Origin: Candidatus Fermentibacterota bacterium
GTDB lineage: Bacteria; Fermentibacterota; Fermentibacteria; Fermentibacterales; JCC-6
DNA length: 64,000 bases
NCBI GenBank assembly: GCA_963845085.1
Contig: CAWJQI010000001.1
Location: forward strand, 352,001 to 416,000
Reading direction: 5' to 3'
Part shown: positions 58,650-64,000 of the stretch, in pieces
Position numbering within the stretch: position 1 is the stretch's first letter
Layout of the letters: the number at the start of each line of letters is the position of its first letter
Position numbers and translations under genes: made by a program
The notes under the pieces: generated by a model
Told to the model about the DNA's origin: nothing
Database searches by the model: none
What the model saw: the letters and a program-made list of their open reading frames with translations, nothing else

Positions 58650-59524
58650 CAGCTCCTCCTGCGGGGGAGGTGAAGGCAGAGCGCAGAGATCGCGTCCCAC
58701 CCGTCTCCAAGTGCCGTGAACGCCAGGGAAAGGGCCAGCGCTTCACCCGCGGCTCGTTCGACTGCGCCATCGATCCCCATGGCGGTGACGGGGTTCCACT
58801 TGCCAAGGGCGGCGTCCTTGCCCACAGCCTTGCCCATCTCGTCGGGGGAACCCGTGACGTCCAGTATGTCATCGGTGAGCTGGAAAAGGAACCCGAGCCT
58901 CTCCCCCAGCACCGAGAGCTCCTGCAGCAGCTCTGAGGACGCGCCCGCCGACAGGGCGCCGAGCTCGAGTGAAACCCTCAGCAGGGCGGCGGTCTTCCCG
59001 CCAACCATTCGTGTTATCCAGGGCTCATCGGCATCGGGCGGGGGAAACATGTCCATGAATTGCCCGCCGACGAGGCATGAAGCGCCTGCAGCCTCGGCAA
59101 GGCGCAGCACCATCACCCTGATCCTTTCGGGAGGACCCGGTGTGAGTGAAAGGGTGCGGAAAGCCTCGACGAGAAGCCTGTCGCCCGCAAGAATGGCGGC
59201 CGATTCGCCGGAATGCTTGTGAAGGGTGGGCATGCCCCTGCGCGTGTCGTCGTTGTCCATTGAGGGTAGGTCGTCGTGCACAAGGGAGTAGGTGTGAACC
59301 ATCTCAACCGCGCAGGCTGCCGGAAGGCACCGTTCGGGTTCGCCCCCGAGCGCCTGGCAGGCTTCGCGGACAAGGAAGGGCCTCAGGCGCTTCCCCCCTG
59401 TCGAGAGGGCGTACCTGCAGTGTCCGGGCAGGGAGGTTCCGTCGCCGTACATCGCAAGCGAGTCAAGGCCGTTCCCGACCCATTCGGCGGCGGTATCCAG
59501 CCGGCTTTTCAGCAGAGGATCCAT
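58649..59524 (-). CDS. ispA: Polyprenyl (farnesyl/geranylgeranyl) diphosphate synthase
   Basis: GGKRLRP, SLVHDDLPSMDNDDTRRG, GGQ, KT, FQLTDDILD. Confidence 0.92.
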   Translation of the reverse strand: MDPLLKSRLDTAAEWVGNGLDSLAMYGDGTSLPGHCRYALSTGGKRLRPFLVREACQALGGEPERCLPAACAVEMVHTYSLVHDDLPSMDNDDTRRGMPTLHKHSGESAAILAGDRLLVEAFRTLSLTPGPPERIRVMVLRLAEAAGASCLVGGQFMDMFPPPDADEPWITRMVGGKTAALLRVSLELGALSAGASSELLQELSVLGERLGFLFQLTDDILDVTGSPDEMGKAVGKDAALGKWNPVTAMGIDGAVERAAGEALALSLAFTALGDGWDAISALCLHLPRRRS

Positions 59525-59549
59525 CTCCCCTTCCCAAACCCCGACGGCC

Positions 59550-61100
59550 TCATCGGGCCGTCTCGGAAGCCCGAACCTCCCTGATCACGGTGACCTTGAT
59601 CTGGCCCGGGTACTCCATCTCGCTCTCTATCTTCCTTGCGATCTCGCGTGCAAGGTCGGAAGCGCCGGCGTCGTCGATCTGCTCAGGCTTCACGGCGATG
59701 CGGAGTTCGCGGCCGGCCTGGATGGCGTAGGACTTGCCGACGCCCTCGAACGAGTCTGCAATGGCCTCGAGCTTGTGGAGCCTTCTGATGTAGAGCTCAA
59801 GGGTTTCGCGCCTTGCGCCCGGCCTTGCGCTGCTGACCGCGTCGGCGGCCTGCACGAGCACGGCGTAAAGGCTTGTGGGCTCGATCTCCTCGTGGTGGGC
59901 GCCGATGGCGTTGCAGACAAGCATCTGTTCATCGAACCTGCGCGCGAGCTCCATCCCGACAATGGCATGCGAGCCTTCAAGTTCCTGATCCGTTGCCTTG
60001 CCGATGTCGTGCAGCAGGCCGACCCTTCTTGCAATGGCGGGGTCAAGCTTGAGCTCGCTCGCAAGAAGGCCGCATATGTGGGCGACCTCCAGCGAGTGCT
60101 GGTACATGTTCTGGCCGTAGCTGGTGCGGTACCTGAGACGGCCGAGGTGCCGGATGAGCTGGGCGTGAAGGCCCGGAACGTTCGCCTCGAGCGACAGTTC
60201 GTTGCCCAGCTTGCGGATCTTCTTCTCCATGTCGGCCTGGGCCTTCTGGACAATGCCCTCGATGCGGCCCGGGTGGATTCTGCCGTCGGTGATGAGCTTC
60301 TCGAGCGCCTGCCTGGCCACCTCGCGGCGGACCGGGTCGAAACAGGAAAGAACAACAGCCTCGGGGGTGTCGTCGATCACAACGTCCACCCCGGTGGCGC
60401 TCTCGAAGGCCCTGATGTTCCGCCCCTCCCGGCCTATGATGCGCCCCTTCAGCTCGTCGCTGGCAAGGTTCACCACCGAGACGCAGTTCTCAACGACATG
60501 GTTGGCGGCGCACCGCTGCACGGAGGTGGAGAGGATCATCGTGGCCTTCTCCTCCGCAGACCTTTCCGCCTCCTCGATTATCCCTCGGGTGATCTTGGCG
60601 GCCTCGTGACGGGCCTCTTCGCGGAGGCTCGTGAGGAGAAGGTTCCTGGCCTCGTCGCGGGTCAGCATGGATATCTCTTCAAGCCGCTGGTTGTGATCCT
60701 CAATGAGCTTGCTGGCGCGCAGATGCTTGGCGTTCAGGGCCTGTTCCTTCTCGGCGAGGACCGTTTCAAGCCCCTTCAGGGACTCGGCCCTTGCCTCGAT
60801 GGTCTCCCGGTTCCTCTGGATCTGCTCGAGCTGCCTGTTGAGGTTGTTCTCGCGCCGGTCGAGGTCGGACTGCACCTGGCGCAGCTTTTCGAGCTGCGAG
60901 GCCTTTTCACCGGCAATTACTTCCCTGCCCTCGAGAAGGGCTTCCTTTTTCAGGGTTTCGGCCTCGCGCCTGCCTTCGCTGAGAATCCGCTCCACCTCTG
61001 ACATCGCGCCCTTGCGCTCCCTGGAAACCAGGGTCTTGTGAAGCACGAACCCAAGGAAGAAGACAATAACCGCACCCAGTCCCACGATGGCGTATATCAT
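59550..61100 (-). CDS. rny: Ribonuclease Y (start 61100 or 61112)
   Basis: N-terminal TM, coiled coil, KH domain KGRIIGREGRNIR, HD domain LLHDIGK, RPGAR. Confidence 0.96.
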   Translation of the reverse strand: MIYAIVGLGAVIVFFLGFVLHKTLVSRERKGAMSEVERILSEGRREAETLKKEALLEGREVIAGEKASQLEKLRQVQSDLDRRENNLNRQLEQIQRNRETIEARAESLKGLETVLAEKEQALNAKHLRASKLIEDHNQRLEEISMLTRDEARNLLLTSLREEARHEAAKITRGIIEEAERSAEEKATMILSTSVQRCAANHVVENCVSVVNLASDELKGRIIGREGRNIRAFESATGVDVVIDDTPEAVVLSCFDPVRREVARQALEKLITDGRIHPGRIEGIVQKAQADMEKKIRKLGNELSLEANVPGLHAQLIRHLGRLRYRTSYGQNMYQHSLEVAHICGLLASELKLDPAIARRVGLLHDIGKATDQELEGSHAIVGMELARRFDEQMLVCNAIGAHHEEIEPTSLYAVLVQAADAVSSARPGARRETLELYIRRLHKLEAIADSFEGVGKSYAIQAGRELRIAVKPEQIDDAGASDLAREIARKIESEMEYPGQIKVTVIREVRASETAR

Positions 61101-61102
61101 CG

Positions 61103-61258
61103 CATCCCCCATTCATCAGGCGCAGGATTATTTATAGGTATCGGAAACCAGGCGGCGCTCTAAAAGCGCGTCCCAGCGGCCCTGCGCACACCGCAGCGGG
61201 CACCGGGTTTCCGCAGTGTCAGCCGTTGCCGGCGGCTTTGCCTGAACTGGAGGGGATG
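61103..61258 (-). ncRNA. ssrS: 6S RNA (ends approximate)
   Basis: Directly downstream of zapA. Rod-like fold: CAUCCCC/GGGGAUG and UCAGGC/GCCUGA closing stems, central bubble, CGGAAACC/GGUUUCCG inner stem. G-U pairs favour the minus strand. Confidence 0.7.
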
Positions 61259-61611
61259 GCTGCCCTTTCCACAGATGCCGCGGATTCACGAACGGTCGAC
61301 ATGTTCCGTTCATCGCCGCCGCGTGCAAGGGCGCCTTCTATCTTTTCGGCCAGGGAATCCAGAAAACGGGCCTGGTTGCTCCTGTCCTCCTCGCGGCTCT
61401 TCTCCAGCCTGAACAGCTCGTCCGTGATGTTCAGTGCTGCAAGAATGGCCACCTTTGAGGTGGAGGCCATGGTGATGTTGTCGGTCATCTCCCGCATGCG
61501 CATGTCAACAAAATGGGCGATCTCCGCCACATATGCCGGATCGCCCTCACCCCTTATGGAGTATTCCCGCCCGTAGATGTTCACCCTTGTGCTGTCCGGA
61601 CGGTCCGTCAT
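61219..61611 (-). CDS. zapA: Cell division protein ZapA
   Basis: VNIYGREYSI...IAHFVDMRMREM...VAILAALNITDEL. Confidence 0.9.
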   Translation of the reverse strand: MTDRPDSTRVNIYGREYSIRGEGDPAYVAEIAHFVDMRMREMTDNITMASTSKVAILAALNITDELFRLEKSREEDRSNQARFLDSLAEKIEGALARGGDERNMSTVRESAASVERAAIPSSSGKAAGNG

Positions 61612-61626
61612 GTGCGTCTGCGCTCC

Positions 61627-61899
61627 CTACTGCCGGTCCACTCTCTCCAGTTTCACAAGCAACGCCTCCAGCCTCGCCCTTATCTCCTGCCTCTCGCGCA
61701 GGAGCCTGGCGCTGTGAAGGCGAAGAATCCTGTATCCTTCAGGATCCCCTTCTCCACTCTTGTGTTCCAACCGACGCTCCAGCTCTGTGACCAGTGCCGC
61801 CAGCCTGTCCCTCTCCTCGGTGGTCTCGCGAAGCCTGAGAAGAAGGCGGTCGACAGCTTCGGTAAGCCGCATGGAAGCGCCGGTCGAGGACACTTCCAC
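61627..61899 (-). CDS. ZapB-like short coiled-coil protein
   Basis: Heptad pattern, ends ERQEIRARLEALLVKL; immediately upstream of zapA. Confidence 0.55.
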   Translation of the reverse strand: MEVSSTGASMRLTEAVDRLLLRLRETTEERDRLAALVTELERRLEHKSGEGDPEGYRILRLHSARLLRERQEIRARLEALLVKLERVDRQ

Positions 61900-62255
61900 T
61901 ACCTCAGCGCGGTTCTCGCAACTTCAACGACCTTGCCGAAGGCCTGGGGGTCTCTTACGGCCATGTCTGCAAGAACCTTGCGGTCCAGCGCCACCCCGGC
62001 CTTGGTAAGACCGTCGATGAACGTGCTGTAGGTCATACCGTTCTCGCGCACCGCGGCGTTGATCCGGGTTATCCAAAGTACCCTGAAATCACGCTTCTTG
62101 TTCCGTCTGTCGCGGTACTGGTACTGAAGGGCCTTCTTGTTGGCGTCTTCGGCAACGGTATAGAGTTTCCTCCTGCCGCCGAACTTGCCGCGGGCCTCAC
62201 TCATCACCTTCTTGTGTCTCTTGTGCCTTGCTACTGCGAATCTCACCCTGCTCAT
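61899..62255 (-). CDS. rplT: 50S ribosomal protein L20
   Basis: [34 protein letters not shown]. Confidence 0.97.
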   Translation of the reverse strand: MSRVRFAVARHKRHKKVMSEARGKFGGRRKLYTVAEDANKKALQYQYRDRRNKKRDFRVLWITRINAAVRENGMTYSTFIDGLTKAGVALDRKVLADMAVRDPQAFGKVVEVARTALR

Positions 62256-62274
62256 GCTGTTACCTCATCCGTTC

Positions 62275-62466
62275 TCAAGGCAGAAGCCTGCAGATCCTCT
62301 TGGTGTCCGGAGCGGAGGCGATTCCGCCTTTACGGAGATTCCTCTTGCGCTTGCTGCTCTTCTTGGTCTTTATATGTCCGTTGTAGCTGTGATGCACCTT
62401 TATCTTGCCGGTGCCGGTCTTTCCGAAGCGCCGCGCGGCGCCCTTGTGGGTCTTCATCTTTGGCAT
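62275..62466 (-). CDS. rpmI: 50S ribosomal protein L35
   Basis: [21 protein letters not shown]. Confidence 0.97.
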   Translation of the reverse strand: MPKMKTHKGAARRFGKTGTGKIKVHHSYNGHIKTKKSSKRKRNLRKGGIASAPDTKRICRLLP

Positions 62467-62467
62467 G

Positions 62468-63010
62468 TCATTCCTCGGCGTTCTGTGACTTGGTCTGCTT
62501 CTCCCTCATGGGGGACAGTATCATGCTTAAAAACTTGCCCTCCATGATGGGCTCCTTCTCGACCTGTGCAAGGTCTGCAAGATCTTCCGAAAGCTTGTTC
62601 AGAAGCTTGTGACCCTGATCCTGATAGACCAGCTGCCTTCCTCTGAAGACAACCGTCGCCTTTACTTTGCAGCGGTCCTCAAGGAACTCGCGCGCATGCT
62701 TCATTTTGAACGTGTAATCATGTATGTCGGTGTTGGGCCTGAATTTGACTTCCTTGAGCCCGCCGGTTGTCTGCTTTTTCCGAACCTCTCTGGCCTTACG
62801 GTTCTGCTGGTACTTGAACTTGCCGTAATCCATGATCCGGGCGACCGGCGGCTCGCTGGTCGAACTTATCTCGACGAGGTCGAGCTCAACCTCCGAAGCC
62901 ATGTCAAGCGCCTTGGCAAGGGCGATTATTCCAACGTGATCACCGTTCTGGTCGATGAGCCTGACCTTCAGGCTTCTGATCTCACCATTGACACGCGTAG
63001 TATCCCTGAT
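62468..63010 (-). CDS. infC: Translation initiation factor IF-3 (ATC start)
   Basis: [39 protein letters not shown]-7 nt-ATC. Confidence 0.93.
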   Translation of the reverse strand: MRDTTRVNGEIRSLKVRLIDQNGDHVGIIALAKALDMASEVELDLVEISSTSEPPVARIMDYGKFKYQQNRKAREVRKKQTTGGLKEVKFRPNTDIHDYTFKMKHAREFLEDRCKVKATVVFRGRQLVYQDQGHKLLNKLSEDLADLAQVEKEPIMEGKFLSMILSPMREKQTKSQNAEE

Positions 63011-63015
63011 AGCTG

Positions 63016-64000
63016 CTACCTCCGTTCCATGAAGGATGGCCTCGCGCAATCGTCCAACACAATCTTAAGGGCGTCTTCAAGGGGCATTGCCCCGAGGTCG
63101 CCCTTTCCATGCCTTCTCGGCGCAACCGTCCCGTCACGTTCCTCGGCCTCGCCGAGCACGAACATGAAGGGAACCTTGCGGGTTTCCGCATCGCGGATCC
63201 TGTAACCTATTGTTCCGCTGCGGAGGTCCGCACTGCACCTTATCCCCGCATCGAGCGCAGCTTTTTCCACCTTTCGGGCGTACTCATGCTGCGAGGATGC
63301 GATGGGTAAAATAACCAGCTGGACCGGAGCAAGCCAACCCGGGAAATTTCCCGCGAAATGCTCGATCAGATTTCCGATGAACCTCTCCTCGGAACCGAAC
63401 AGCGCGCGGTGCACCATGTACACCCTCTGTTCCTTCCCGTCGTCGCCCACGTAGGTGAGGTTGAACCGCGCCGGTATGTTGAAGTCGAACTGGATGGTGG
63501 GTCCCTGCCACATGCGGCCCAGGGCGTCGCGCATCTTGATGTCGACCTTGGGGCCGTAGAATGCGGCCTCCCCGAGCACGGCTTTGTACTTCTCGCCCAT
63601 CTCGGTGAGGGCCTCGGCCATCGCCTTCTCGGCCTTCTCCCACTCGTCGCGCGAACCGGCGTAGTGTTCCATGTTGTCGGGGTCGCTGAGGGAAAGCTCG
63701 ATCTCGTACCCGAAGCCGAAGAGCTTGAGGAAGAACAGGGCGAACCTGATCACCCCCTGCACCTCGCTCACCATCTGGTCGGCAGTGCAGAAAATGTGGC
63801 CGTCGTCGACGGTGAAGCCGCGCACCCGCATCAGGCCGTGGAGCACGCCGCTGCGCTCGCAGCGGTAGACGGTGCCCAGCTCGGCGAGGCGGAGCGGGAG
63901 GTCGCGGTACGACCTCTTCTCGTTCTGGTAAATGATGATGTGACCCGGGCAGTTCATGGGCTTGATGGCGTACTCGCCCTTGTCCACCTCGGTGAAGTAC
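63016..64000 (-). CDS. thrS: Threonine-tRNA ligase, 5'-partial
   Basis: KPMNCPGH, SYRDLPLR, GLMRVRGFT.DD.H, AFYGPK, HRALFGS.ERF. Confidence 0.97.
   Translation of the reverse strand, partial: YFTEVDKGEYAIKPMNCPGHIIIYQNEKRSYRDLPLRLAELGTVYRCERSGVLHGLMRVRGFTVDDGHIFCTADQMVSEVQGVIRFALFFLKLFGFGYEIELSLSDPDNMEHYAGSRDEWEKAEKAMAEALTEMGEKYKAVLGEAAFYGPKVDIKMRDALGRMWQGPTIQFDFNIPARFNLTYVGDDGKEQRVYMVHRALFGSEERFIGNLIEHFAGNFPGWLAPVQLVILPIASSQHEYARKVEKAALDAGIRCSADLRSGTIGYRIRDAETRKVPFMFVLGEAEERDGTVAPRRHGKGDLGAMPLEDALKIVLDDCARPSFMERR

Noticed and set aside
1..64000. Many long antisense or alternate-frame ORFs (e.g. 28367-29779, 55738-57252, 59775-61001)
   Set aside because: They are shadows of well-identified genes in GC-rich DNA and have no recognisable motifs
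1..64000. CRISPR arrays, tRNA/rRNA genes, transposases or integrases
   Set aside because: By eye I found no regularly spaced repeats, cloverleafs, rRNA-like tracts or recombinase motifs

Overview
GC-rich bacterial chromosomal segment from an anaerobic, amino-acid-fermenting diderm. An OMP beta-barrel, T9SS/FlgD-type C-terminal domains and Bacteroidota/spirochaete-type topo IV suggest an FCB-group lineage such as Ca. Fermentibacterota (inference only). In order it holds: hutU; a small AT-rich islet with an AbrB-PIN toxin-antitoxin pair; a buk-ptb-Na+:solute symporter-2-oxoacid:ferredoxin oxidoreductase-cysC-MFS operon; purC; parE-parC; three secreted repeat proteins; surface-glycan genes; ackA; an oxidative-stress operon (rbr-dfx-ftn-AhpD-like-msrC-fprA); hisS; and a housekeeping run thrS-infC-rpmI-rplT-zapB-like-zapA-6S RNA-rny-ispA-dxs-nadK-recN-pgsA-like-smc-ftsY. 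The most interesting locus is a translationally coupled three-gene module at 40956-44082: a zinc-ribbon membrane protein, a membrane protein ending in GGGCACACACAGCACACAGGGR, and a PqqD/RRE-fused radical SAM/SPASM enzyme. It is a candidate system for modifying a membrane-anchored Cys-rich protein tail. Non-coding elements read directly from the sequence include tandem NrdR-like boxes over the parE promoter, a PerR/Fur-type 7-1-7 box before rbr, a TA promoter/operator, three apparent leaderless genes, a 6S RNA that covers the rny RBS, and an ATC start for infC. Several single-base frameshifts, mostly in the first 14 kb, are probably sequencing or assembly errors. I saw no tRNA, rRNA, CRISPR array or transposase.
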